From Gloeobacterales cyanobacterium (lineage in GTDB: Bacteria > Cyanobacteriota > Cyanobacteriia > Gloeobacterales > PMM-0068), in assembly GCA_038245785.1 (NCBI GenBank), contig JBBRSB010000002.1, positions 128,001-192,000 on the forward strand: DNA of 64,000 bases, written 5' to 3'. The notes under the pieces are model-generated. The model searched no databases and was not told the origin of the DNA. It saw only the letters and a list, made by a program, of their open reading frames with translations. Shown here piece by piece: positions 9,213-18,417 of the stretch. The position numbers and the translations under genes were made by a program. How positions within the stretch are numbered: position 1 is the first letter of the stretch; every line of letters starts with the position of its first letter.

Positions 9213-9836
9213 TTAAGCCACCTCAACAAGCTCTTGGCGATGACCAATCACCTCAATTGAAGAAATTGTATTTGACAGATTCAGAGGTGTAGCTTGATTA
9301 AGCTGGAGTAATTCTGGAATCATGATTCGTAGCTTTTGTGTAAGGGACTCTAAGGTGTCAGCTTCAGTTGCTAACCCTGGAATCTCATCGCTAGTGGCAG
9401 CCCAGACTTCAGCTTCTTTATCCCAAAAAGCCTCAACCTTATAGATTCTAGGATGCAAGATGCAAAATATCTGATGTGAACTGCTGTCTGGTGTCTCAAT
9501 AAAACCTCTATGAACAAGCCAAGTGATGAATTGCTCTTTCGGCATTTGCTGATTGGTTGGATAAATATGGATAGGAAGGAGCAGTTTATTCCACATTTCA
9601 CGAATTACATATTTCAACAGATAGGTGCCATATCCCTGTTGTCGATCTTGTCCTAAGATAACGAATTCATTGATATACCAGTAAGGGTGCTGATTTTCAA
9701 ATAATCGGTAATTCACAGCACCAATTTCATTGCCTTGAAGATACATTTTGTAATAAATATGCCTGGGGTTTTTCTTTTCTTCCTCTGGGTCTCTTCTTAT
9801 GTTGATCCCTTCAGGCGGCACTTCTACTCCAGACAT
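9213..9836 (-). CDS. GNAT acetyltransferase domain fused to a DUF1902 (HicB-like) antitoxin domain
   Basis: Probable start is ATG 9836 (MSGVEV). Acetyl-CoA motif RQQGYGTYLL, then YKVEAFWDKEAEVWAATSDEIPGLATEADTLESL. Stop directly abuts the hicA start. Confidence 0.75.
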   Translation of the reverse strand: MSGVEVPPEGINIRRDPEEEKKNPRHIYYKMYLQGNEIGAVNYRLFENQHPYWYINEFVILGQDRQQGYGTYLLKYVIREMWNKLLLPIHIYPTNQQMPKEQFITWLVHRGFIETPDSSSHQIFCILHPRIYKVEAFWDKEAEVWAATSDEIPGLATEADTLESLTQKLRIMIPELLQLNQATPLNLSNTISSIEVIGHRQELVEVA

Positions 9837-9909
9837 TTGTCGATACCCCACTCTTAGCTCCGGGAATGAATCTATTTTATCAAAGCGTTGGCCTAATGAA
9901 ATCCGTGTA

Positions 9910-9987
9910 TGACTTAGCATTACTACTAAGCCGAGAATCTCTAGCCATATGTCAGAGAAACGCATAGGTATCGAGCAATATTTCCAC
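9910..9987 (-). pseudogene. Truncated PIN/VapC toxin remnant
   Basis: GTG overlaps the upstream stop (TAGTG) and reads MEILLDTYAFL*HMARDSRLSSNAKS. This matches the xLLDTHxFLW...RLS..A VapC N-terminus with Trp changed to TGA. Confidence 0.7.
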
Positions 9988-10328
9988 TAAATATACTCGC
10001 TAAACTCCTCAAGGGGCTCGTCAAAATTGGGGGGTATAACAATTAGACCGCGCGCACAACCAAAAACACTTTCAGTTCTTTTTTCATTCTCTGCAGCCTG
10101 TCCAAAATTATGGGTAGACACAATGCTACCGTCATGCCCGTGAATTACAATTTCTGCACTTTGATTACGACTAATCTGACGAGCGAATTCTATAGCATCT
10201 CCCTTTGTTGAAAAAACTTTAATCGCCTTAGCTGTACCGTCCCTATTTACAGCCCATCCTCCAGATGGTTTAGGAACGACATGATGCACTCGATAGGGCT
10301 TTGCCTGGGCTTCCTCTTTTTTTGTCAT
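9987..10328 (-). CDS. DUF2188-like domain fused to a DUF2281/VapB-type antitoxin tail
   Basis: HHVVPKPSGGWAVNRDG...STKGDAIEFARQISRNQSAEIVIHGHDG, followed by FGCARGLIVIPPNFDEPLEEFSEY. Confidence 0.75.
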   Translation of the reverse strand: MTKKEEAQAKPYRVHHVVPKPSGGWAVNRDGTAKAIKVFSTKGDAIEFARQISRNQSAEIVIHGHDGSIVSTHNFGQAAENEKRTESVFGCARGLIVIPPNFDEPLEEFSEYI

Positions 10329-10530
10329 GACGATTAAATAGAGCTGGCTTCTATTCTAACCGGGGAGATATAAACGGTAGGGTAAATGATTCCGATGGAG
10401 CTGTGTAACGTTGACGATGGTGGATCCTTTGATCTTTACGACTATTAGCTATAGCTTTTCCATCTCGGGAGCAAGCCGTCAGCAAAAAAGTTGGGAATCA
10501 TAGTTTAGCCTACACGTCTGCTCAAGCGGC

Positions 10531-10640
10531 TTAGCAGACTGGTGGCGACTGGTCATGAGGTTCTGGCTCAACATCGGGCACTTTGGCTAAAACAGACTCA
10601 TATGCCGTCCGACTTCTCTATATAGAAGGATTTGGTTCAC
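10531..10640 (-). pseudogene. Chimeric remnant: 5' stub of a DUF5615-like PIN gene joined to the 3' end of a CopG/HicB-type antitoxin gene
   Basis: GTG 10640 gives MNQILLY. Another frame (10614-10531) gives SRTAYESVLAKVPDVEPEPHDQSPPVC*. Confidence 0.55.
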
Positions 10641-10645
10641 GTTCA

Positions 10646-10925
10646 CTAGCCTGACTGATGCTCAACTTCCAGACGATCGAATTCCTTATAGTAGGCTGCT
10701 ATCTCTGCATCGATCGTCTCTTTATTTGCGTAGTAATAGGCTAAGGCTGCATAGACTTGTGCCTGTGTCAGGTGTGCCCTTTCAGAAACGATTGCTTCCG
10801 GCTTCATCCCTGCATTGAAGTCAATTGCAACATTTTGAACCGTAATCCGAGTTCCAGCAATTCGAGGACGACCGCCACCCAGGAGTTTAGACAATTAAGG
10901 TGCCAATATCAACAGCTATTTGCAT
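10646..10925 (-). pseudogene. DUF433 (VapB45-like) antitoxin pseudogene
   Basis: ATG 10925 reads MQIAVDIGTLIV*TPG, then a frameshift leads into GGRPRIAGTRITVQ...AQVYAALAYYYANKETID. In-frame TAA at 10889-10887. Confidence 0.75.
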
Positions 10926-11025
10926 GGTTTACGTACCAAACCTTGGTTCCATAATAGCCCAGCAGCATAGAGTTTCTGCCTTGCATGCCCAACTACTAGA
11001 TGAGCAGAAAAGTGGATCTATTGCT

Positions 11026-11679
11026 TTAAAGAACTTCTTTCACATGCCCTAAAAGATCTCCAGGGCGGGCAAACCAATGATGAGCCCCTGCGTTGAGTAG
11101 TTGCTGTTTTTCATGAACACCCCAACCTGCAGCCCAAGCAGGTACTCCAGCCCGTACCGCCATCTCCATGTCATATTCTGTATCCCCAATCATCACCGCT
11201 TGCTCTGGCGTGATTCCATAGTGTTGCAAAGCCAACTCAATGGATTCTGGATGAGGCTTGGGGTTCGTAACCGAAGCAGGAGAAATAATTGGGTCAAAAT
11301 AATCTAACCAATCCAGTCCCGTTAGCACGCGGGAGAGCCCTTCATAGCCTTTACTTGAAGCAATCGCGAGCGATACCCTAGGCGTCAAAAAGTCTACGAG
11401 TTCAGGAATTCCTTCAAAGGGATCGCTATGGGCAATCCCTACCTGGCGGTAAAAATTGCGATAGGTCTCTACCCCATGTTCCACTTCCTGCTGACGGTTT
11501 GGAGGCAAGAGTTTAGCTAATTGTACGGACAAAGGAATGCCAATCATCTGCCGCCATTGTTCAACCGCTGATTGGGGCAGTTCTAAGGCGTCAACGGTTA
11601 GCTTAATACTCTCTAGAATGCCTGGTTCTGAATTAATCAGAGTTCCATCAAAGTCAAAGATGATCAGGCGAACAGACAC
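11026..11679 (-). CDS. HAD-superfamily phosphatase (phosphoglycolate phosphatase-like)
   Basis: IFDFDGTL, KPHP and MIGDTEYD motifs. Confidence 0.9.
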   Translation of the reverse strand: MSVRLIIFDFDGTLINSEPGILESIKLTVDALELPQSAVEQWRQMIGIPLSVQLAKLLPPNRQQEVEHGVETYRNFYRQVGIAHSDPFEGIPELVDFLTPRVSLAIASSKGYEGLSRVLTGLDWLDYFDPIISPASVTNPKPHPESIELALQHYGITPEQAVMIGDTEYDMEMAVRAGVPAWAAGWGVHEKQQLLNAGAHHWFARPGDLLGHVKEVL

Positions 11680-11681
11680 TA

Positions 11682-11870
11682 TTAGCCCTCATACTCTGTG
11701 GTAATTTGAACATCCAGACTCTCTCGGTCCACATAGACCGAGAGAATATTAGGACGACAACATACCTGGCAGTCTTCGACATAAGACTGCTCAAATCCAG
11801 CACTCAAGTCCACAAAAGTGGTGCTGTATTCTCCACAGTATCCACATTGATATTCTGCAGTAGTTTCCAT
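11682..11870 (-). CDS. CPXCG-motif cysteine-rich protein
   Basis: CGYCGE ... YVEDCQVCCRP. Confidence 0.85.
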   Translation of the reverse strand: METTAEYQCGYCGEYSTTFVDLSAGFEQSYVEDCQVCCRPNILSVYVDRESLDVQITTEYEG

Positions 11871-14635
11871 TAGGGAGTACTGCTAATCGGTTTATCGCTG
11901 TATCCTTTAGGTTGAACAATAACCTTCGTGAACATCTTAGAGTTAAGCACTCTTTTAGCAACTCGGCTGACTGCCGCTTGGTCAACTTTGTCGATTAAGG
12001 AATTGAATCGTTCAGGATAATCTCTACCCAAACCATATTCTTCCTGAGCGAGGATTACATCGGCCAATTCTCCATTACTTAAAAATTCCAGAGGGAACTC
12101 ATAAATTAAGCTGCGTTTCGCATTGGCCAATTCTAAATCTGTAGGTCCATCGATACGTAAGCGGTCAATCACTTTCAACGTTTCATCGACTGCTTTCTCG
12201 GTATCCTTAGGATTGGTCTGCATTACAACAATGAAAGGACCGACCAATTTTCCGACAACGAACGCGGAGTAGACGCCATAGGTTAGTCCCAACTGGTCTC
12301 GAACACGCTTACCGAGACGACTAGAGAGGGTATCTCCCCCTAAAATCTGATTGAGGACTTGAGCCGCATAGAAATCGGAGTCTTTACGACTAAGGCCAGG
12401 GGCTCCTAGATAAACTTCTGTTTGCTGCTTGCCAGATAGTTCGACCACACTTTCTTTGGGATTGGGCTGTGGGGTTGTGGCACTTAGTTGGGGTGCTTTC
12501 CCTTGGGCTTTCCAGGTGCCGAGATACTTAGTAATCCAGCTCTTCACTTGAGCAGGGTCCACATCTCCTGCGACCACCAAAATAGAATTATCCGGTCGAT
12601 AGTACTGTTGATGGAATTTCTGCAGATCCTCTGGCGTCAGGGATTGAATGGTTTCTGGGGTAGGTTGACTGTGGAAAGGATGGTCTTTGGGGAAGAGAGA
12701 CTGGTAGAAGCTCCGTCGAGCGACTGTTCCAGGGTCATCCAACTCAGCTTTTAGCCCAACGAGCGTTCTGCCCTGTGCCCGTTTGAATTCATCCAAAGGG
12801 AAAGAGGGATTTCTAAGAACATCAGCGCCGACTTTGAGGATCGTTTCAGTATCTTCGGATAGGGCCTCCGCAGATAGGGATGCTTTCTCTCGTCGGACCG
12901 AAGCCCCTAATCGAATTCCTTCGTTATCTAAAATACGAGCAATCTCACTGGCTGATTTGGTTTTGGTTCCGTTGGTCAAGAGCCCTGCCGTGAGGCTGGA
13001 TAATCCTGCTTTGGACTGCGGATCAAAGCCACTGCCTGCATTCAGGTCTAGCTGGACACTGACCGTTGGCGCAGAGCGATTGGGCAAAACCAGATAGGTC
13101 AGGCCATTGGGCAAAACGCCTCGTTCTGGCTTTGCTACTTTCGTATCACTGGTTTTGGGTAAGGTCGGCAGATACTGAGACAAGGTGGCAGGATCTATCG
13201 GTTTGCCAGGGCTAAAGGATTCTGGCTTACCAGGATTGGTGGCGCTGAAACTTCCGCCCTGACTGGTCGGGATGAAGTTCCCTACGGTACGGTTAGCAGG
13301 AACCAGATATTTCTGGGCAACCCGTAATAGGTCCTCTTGGGTGACTTTGCGGTAATTGTCGGCCAGCTTATCGATAACTCGCCAATTTCCATAGATGGTT
13401 TCAAAGTAACCCAGCGCATAGGCCTGGTTTTCAATACTGTCATTGCCCAAAAAGATACTCACTCTCGCCGTTTCTTGGGCTCGACGTAGTTCTTCCAGCG
13501 TCACTTTTTCTTTTTTGACCTGTTCGATGACGGCATCCATTTTCTGTTGCAGGGTTTCAAGCGAGGTATTGCCGTTAGGAATAGCTTCGAGGTTATACCA
13601 GCCAGGGTCCACCTGAGGAGAAATTCCACCGCTATAGGAAGCAGCAATCCCTGTTTCCACCAAAGCTTTATACATCCGAGAAGAACGCCCCACGTTCAGC
13701 ACGTTATCCAACAAATCCAGGGCATAGATATCTGGGTCCGTAGACTTAGGACCGTGATAGAGCATCTGGAGAATCGCGACACTGCCTGGTTGTTTGACCG
13801 TGACTCTCCGCTCTTCCGTTTGCGGTGGTTCTTGAGGAACAGAAGTGACAGGTTTCGCCCTGGGCGGGAGCTGACCAAAGGCGGCTTTCACTTTCGCTAA
13901 GGTCTCCTTGGGGTCCACGTTGCCAACGATCACGAGTGTGGCGTTGTTTGGGCCGTAATTCTGTTGATAGAAATCTTGAGCCATCTTAGGGGTGAAATTA
14001 ACTACGTCATTCCGGTCCCCGATGGGGGTCTGGCGATAGGGATGGGTAGTGAAGGCCGTTTCTTGAATCTTGTCAGAGAGGACGGAGTCTGGATTGTTGC
14101 GATAGCCGTCTAGCTCTGAGAGTACGACGGTCTTTTCTGAAGCCAGCTGCTCAGGTCCAGCCACGGTATTCACCATCCGGTCAGATTCCAACTGCAAGAG
14201 GGCATCGAGTTTGTCTGCCCCAGTAGTGGCGTAGTAGGCCGTCGTATCAAAAGTAGTGAATGCGTTGGATTGAGCACCCAACAGATTGAAAAATTGCCCG
14301 AATTGTACGGGGCGAGCCTTAGTGCCCTTAAACATCAGGTGCTCTAACTGATGGGCCAGTCCGGTTTCACCTTTTTTCTCATTGCGGGAACCGACCTTGT
14401 ACCAGACGTACATCGAAACGGCTGGGGCAGTACGAACGGGTTTAATCAGTACTTTTAGACCATTGTCTAGGATAGTTTCTTGCACTAAAGCGGCTTGCTT
14501 CACCTGCGTGGGCTGGGCTTGTACTGCCGTTCCTAGATAGGGAAGAACCCCCTGTCCAACAGAGAGGGTGGCAGCGAGCAGGATAGCTACTGTGAACTGG
14601 GAAATCGAGTTTCTTGGCTTCATAGAGTCTTTCAT
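11870..14635 (-). CDS. M16 (pitrilysin/insulinase) family zinc protease with signal peptide
   Basis: GLAHQLEHLMFKGT (HxxEH) and four M16 subdomains. Start probably ATG 14635 or 14623, just before the hydrophobic signal. Confidence 0.92.
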   Translation of the reverse strand: MKDSMKPRNSISQFTVAILLAATLSVGQGVLPYLGTAVQAQPTQVKQAALVQETILDNGLKVLIKPVRTAPAVSMYVWYKVGSRNEKKGETGLAHQLEHLMFKGTKARPVQFGQFFNLLGAQSNAFTTFDTTAYYATTGADKLDALLQLESDRMVNTVAGPEQLASEKTVVLSELDGYRNNPDSVLSDKIQETAFTTHPYRQTPIGDRNDVVNFTPKMAQDFYQQNYGPNNATLVIVGNVDPKETLAKVKAAFGQLPPRAKPVTSVPQEPPQTEERRVTVKQPGSVAILQMLYHGPKSTDPDIYALDLLDNVLNVGRSSRMYKALVETGIAASYSGGISPQVDPGWYNLEAIPNGNTSLETLQQKMDAVIEQVKKEKVTLEELRRAQETARVSIFLGNDSIENQAYALGYFETIYGNWRVIDKLADNYRKVTQEDLLRVAQKYLVPANRTVGNFIPTSQGGSFSATNPGKPESFSPGKPIDPATLSQYLPTLPKTSDTKVAKPERGVLPNGLTYLVLPNRSAPTVSVQLDLNAGSGFDPQSKAGLSSLTAGLLTNGTKTKSASEIARILDNEGIRLGASVRREKASLSAEALSEDTETILKVGADVLRNPSFPLDEFKRAQGRTLVGLKAELDDPGTVARRSFYQSLFPKDHPFHSQPTPETIQSLTPEDLQKFHQQYYRPDNSILVVAGDVDPAQVKSWITKYLGTWKAQGKAPQLSATTPQPNPKESVVELSGKQQTEVYLGAPGLSRKDSDFYAAQVLNQILGGDTLSSRLGKRVRDQLGLTYGVYSAFVVGKLVGPFIVVMQTNPKDTEKAVDETLKVIDRLRIDGPTDLELANAKRSLIYEFPLEFLSNGELADVILAQEEYGLGRDYPERFNSLIDKVDQAAVSRVAKRVLNSKMFTKVIVQPKGYSDKPISSTP

Positions 14636-14828
14636 GAGACAGCAAGGGTCTATTCCAGAATGACTCGGTACGGGACGAACGGCAAGTTTAGGTTGCTGCT
14701 GATACAAATTGATCGGCCATCCCCTGTGCTTCACAATTGAGGTCAGGCAATTATGTGCAGAAGCATCTTAGGCAGCATGGCCTGAGATAGTTAGATGGGT
14801 ACATAAGCTCAGCGAGGAACAGTCCGAG

Positions 14829-15236
14829 ATGGTAGAAGAATCAGAAGAATTTAGTGCTGGACTGGAGGTGGATGTCCTAGCCGCTTCCTTACAGATGGGA
14901 CTTCGGGAATCCAGGGACCTTTTGGAATTTCTCGCTAAAAAGCTAGAAGGCCCTTTAGCAGAGCAAACCACTGTTCGCAGAGGAGGTTGGTTGCTTTCTA
15001 AAGACCACCCCGTAGAAGAAATCACCTTGCGCTTTGATGAGTACCAGTACCAGATCTGTCGAGAACGGCAAGGTTTATTTACCGCCAAGATCATGAAAGT
15101 AGTCCGTGGCATCGTCCTCAAAACGACAGAAGTCTCTGTGGAAGAATGGCTACAAAGCCTCGCCCAAGAGTTAGCCCATCAAGCCGAGCGGTCCGTCGCA
15201 ACTCGACAAGCCCTCAGCCGTTTTATCCTCGATTAG
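14829..15236 (+). CDS. Conserved hypothetical protein, first gene of a three-gene operon
   Basis: 135 aa, 9 bp gap to the next gene, VVRGIVLKT..WL..LA motif. Confidence 0.7.
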   Translation: MVEESEEFSAGLEVDVLAASLQMGLRESRDLLEFLAKKLEGPLAEQTTVRRGGWLLSKDHPVEEITLRFDEYQYQICRERQGLFTAKIMKVVRGIVLKTTEVSVEEWLQSLAQELAHQAERSVATRQALSRFILD

Positions 15237-15245
15237 GAAATCATC

Positions 15246-16214
15246 ATGCCTTTCTGGCAGCGAGAATCAGCGGAAGAAAAACAAGCGCGAGAGCGCCGGG
15301 AAGGGGAGCAAAAGGCGAGTCTGGCCGCACTCCAGGCAGGTAAACTTCCTTTACAAGCGCAGCACAGACTGCAAGAGCAACGCAAGCTTGGCAATAACTT
15401 TTTCATCAGTGACCTGACTTCCAGCGAGCATATTCTGACTCAGGAAGCGGGTTATGAACCGATTAGTCAGGTCATGGGCAGTGCTTTTTACAAAGTCGCC
15501 TATCGGGGCTACTTCCAAGGCGCTTACGGAAGTACGGGCGAGTTGGCGGTCTTGAGCCATGCTCAATTGGCAGCCCGAGAACTGGCGGTGTATCGGCTCC
15601 GACAAGAGGCCCAAATCCTGGGAGCCGATGGCGTGATTGGAGTACATCTAAAGGCAGGAAATTACGACTGGAGTACGAATTTAGTCGAATTTACGGCTAT
15701 TGGTACAGCCATCCGTGTTCACGGTCGCCCAACCGAAGACAAACCCTTCACCAGTGATTTCAGTGGTCAGGAATTTTGGAAACTGCATCAAGCAGGTTAC
15801 TGGCCCAAAGACATTGCCTTTGGCGTCTGCTCTTACTACGTCCACGGGGACTATCAAACCCGCTCCGTCCTGAACAACTCTTGGGGCAGCGGCTGGGCCA
15901 ATCAGGAAATTACTCAATTTACCCAAGGGTTTAACACAGCTCGTCATCTAGCGATGAGCCGTCTTACTCAAGATATCCAACGTGCTAAAGCCCAAGGAGC
16001 GGTAGGAATGCATATCGATATGGAGGTCGAGGACATTGAATACGAAGTCAATGACCGCACCTACCATGACCTCTTAGTGCAGTTCATCGCGGTCGGCACG
16101 GCCATTGTGCGCGATGAGCTACCCAGTCGTCCCAAAGCGGCTTCTCCTTTAACCTTCTACGACCTTAAAGACCGTAAAACCTCTTCCCTAGAAATTAACT
16201 ACATCGACGAATAG
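15246..16214 (+). CDS. Tandem YbjQ/DUF74-like (putative heavy-metal-binding) domain protein
   Basis: Two ARELAVYRLRQEAQILGADGVIGV...EFTAIGTAI-type repeats, each preceded by F(T/I)SD(L/F)(S/T). Confidence 0.8.
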   Translation: MPFWQRESAEEKQARERREGEQKASLAALQAGKLPLQAQHRLQEQRKLGNNFFISDLTSSEHILTQEAGYEPISQVMGSAFYKVAYRGYFQGAYGSTGELAVLSHAQLAARELAVYRLRQEAQILGADGVIGVHLKAGNYDWSTNLVEFTAIGTAIRVHGRPTEDKPFTSDFSGQEFWKLHQAGYWPKDIAFGVCSYYVHGDYQTRSVLNNSWGSGWANQEITQFTQGFNTARHLAMSRLTQDIQRAKAQGAVGMHIDMEVEDIEYEVNDRTYHDLLVQFIAVGTAIVRDELPSRPKAASPLTFYDLKDRKTSSLEINYIDE

Positions 16215-16238
16215 ACGTTTACCGACAAGGAACTATCC

Positions 16239-17084
16239 ATGCCTAACAATAATCAACCTCCTACGAATCAACCTCCTATCCCCTCGGACCTTCCGATTCA
16301 TGCGCGGGAACGACTAGCGGCTATGCGGGGGCAGAAAGACCATCGTGCCCTCTTCACCAGCGATCTCTCGGTGAATGAATTTTTACTCGTTAAAGAAGCA
16401 GGTTTTGAACCTGTTGGTATGGTCGTCGGCAGTTCCATCTATCACATCGGCTATCAACAAAGTAGCTGGAGCAAGAATCAGGAAATGGTAGTCCTTACCC
16501 AGGCCATGTATCATGCGCGGGAATTGGCGATGACCCGGATGGAGGAGGAAGCAACAGCCTTAGGCGCTGACGGGATCATCGGCGTACGGCTCAAGGTTAA
16601 AAATCTCAGCTGGGCCGATAACCTAGCTGAATTCGTAGCCATTGGGACCGCCGTTGTACCCGAGGACCGGACGATTAGCTACCGGACCGTTCATAACAAG
16701 CCCTTTACCAGTGACCTTTCCGGGCAAGATTTCTGGACCCTGTTGAGAGCAGGTTACCGTCCTGTCGGCATGGTCATGGGCAACTGTGTCTATCACGTCG
16801 CCCATCAAAGTTTTGGACAGTGGTTCAACACCGTTGGTCAAAATGTAGAAATGACCAATTTTACTCAAGCACTCTACGATGCCCGCGAACTGGCGATGGA
16901 ACGGATGCAAGCGGAAGCTATGCACCTGCAGGCAGAAGGGATTGTCGGGGTCAATATTCATGAGGGCAGCTATGGTTGGAGCAGCCATGTAATCGAGTTT
17001 TTCACGCTCGGAACCGCTGTTATAGCGATGCGTGCAGACCATATCATTCCAGCTCCACAGTTGGTACTCACCGTAAATGACTGA
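16239..17084 (+). CDS. Tandem YbjQ/DUF74-like domain protein (paralog)
   Basis: ARELAMTRMEEEATALGADGIIGV...IGTAV and ARELAMERMQAEA...GIVGV...LGTAV. Confidence 0.85.
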   Translation: MPNNNQPPTNQPPIPSDLPIHARERLAAMRGQKDHRALFTSDLSVNEFLLVKEAGFEPVGMVVGSSIYHIGYQQSSWSKNQEMVVLTQAMYHARELAMTRMEEEATALGADGIIGVRLKVKNLSWADNLAEFVAIGTAVVPEDRTISYRTVHNKPFTSDLSGQDFWTLLRAGYRPVGMVMGNCVYHVAHQSFGQWFNTVGQNVEMTNFTQALYDARELAMERMQAEAMHLQAEGIVGVNIHEGSYGWSSHVIEFFTLGTAVIAMRADHIIPAPQLVLTVND

Positions 17085-17119
17085 ATCTGATGTGCTGAAG
17101 AAGAAAGGATGGGATGTCC

Positions 17120-17172
17120 TTTATCGTAGTCGGAGGTCTAAATTTTAAGTTCCGACCTGTGACTACGATAAA
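17120..17172. terminator. Stem-loop downstream of the YbjQ operon
   Basis: TTTATCGTAGTC (17120-17131) pairs with GACTACGATAAA (17161-17172). Confidence 0.5.
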
Positions 17173-17432
17173 TAAGGTTGAATGTATCGCCCTAAATTCT
17201 AAACATACGGACATCTAGCCGATAAAGTGCGCTAGGGGGCAAATGGGGTAAGCGTTAAAAATTTCTGTATTTATAAGAGCCTTTTCTAAAATTTTTCTCG
17301 CCTTTATGATAATTTCATAAACCATTTTAATTTGATGTTTTCTGAAGCGAGGAAAACCCTCACCATCAGTCCTGGTGCAGGGGTAAGCAGGTTTTGATTG
17401 TAAGTATTAGTTTCTTTTACTGGTAATTCTTG

Positions 17433-17448
17433 TGTAATTTGTGTTACA
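17433..17448. promoter_or_regulatory. NtcA-like box
   Basis: tGTA-atttgtgt-TACa, an exact GTA-N8-TAC. Confidence 0.45.
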
Positions 17449-17456
17449 AAAGCAGC

Positions 17457-17699
17457 ATGGATGCAAATAAAAAATCGAGTGTAACAATGCCTGATGAAGA
17501 TGAGCAGGTTAGTGCCCAAATAAACCTTATTTTCCTACAAAAAAGGCTACAAAAGCCGCATATCACGAAAGATAAGGATGGCAAACTGCACATTCGATCC
17601 CATGAGCGCATCAGTGCAGTAACGGAAAGTAAGATCCGGACCGAACTTGATAACAAATTTGCAGCAGGTTCCTTCTTGTTTGTTCGTACAACGAGCTGA
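17457..17699 (+). CDS. Small hypothetical protein
   Basis: 80-aa ORF in an otherwise empty 750-bp gap, with plausible alpha/beta patterning. Confidence 0.45.
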   Translation: MDANKKSSVTMPDEDEQVSAQINLIFLQKRLQKPHITKDKDGKLHIRSHERISAVTESKIRTELDNKFAAGSFLFVRTTS

Positions 17700-17835
17700 C
17701 AATGCCAAAGGAACCAGCGAGAGAGATCGCTTCTGCGGTCTCTTACGGATCCTATATAGCTAAATTCTCCTTCGAAATCCCTGAGGGCTACATAAACTGT
17801 GGCCCTTATTAGTGTGTATTCCCAGTTTCATAGAA

Positions 17836-18213
17836 TTATGAAAAGTATGGCGCGGATAACATCAATCCACACAGGGCCAAGATCCCCAATACTCCCATCA
17901 GGGCCAGACCCAACATGGCTACTACGGCGAGCTTTTGCCACCAGAGTAGCGGTACAGGAGGAGCAACGTCTAGAGCTTCATTCTGGGCGGCCTTTTCTAT
18001 GCCTTCTTCGCGATAGAGGTTGTAGTACCTGCGGGCCTCATAGTTAGAGAGAATGGTGTAGGCCTGATGAACTTCCTCAAAGCGCTCTCTTGAACTAGGG
18101 TCTTCACTGACGTCTGGGTGATACTGGCGCGCCAAACGCAAATACGCATCCCTAATTTCCGCCTTGCTGGTGTCAGGGGGAATATCAAGGACGCTGTAAA
18201 AATCTCTAGCCAT
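17836..18213 (-). CDS. DnaJ-domain protein with C-terminal membrane anchor
   Basis: DFYSVLDI...AYLRLARQYHPD and a hydrophobic C-terminus. Confidence 0.88.
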   Translation of the reverse strand: MARDFYSVLDIPPDTSKAEIRDAYLRLARQYHPDVSEDPSSRERFEEVHQAYTILSNYEARRYYNLYREEGIEKAAQNEALDVAPPVPLLWWQKLAVVAMLGLALMGVLGILALCGLMLSAPYFS

Positions 18214-18417
18214 CGACTTCTGGATACGCTACACCACAATCCTACTCATCTATGTCGATCCGATCCAAACTTTCGGGCTGGCTTTTAGTTATCAAGTATC
18301 TAGCTACACTCAAGGACAGTGACCACAGCACCTTTTTGACCAGCAGATAGCTCTTGAGAGAGAACCCGAGCTAGTGTGGAGATGGAGATTGCCATTTTCT
18401 TTGTAGAGGAGGCTATC

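Noticed and set aside
9837..9965. N-terminal 43 codons of the 250-aa ORF
   Set aside because: They overlap the VapC remnant in another frame. ATG 9836 is the more plausible start.
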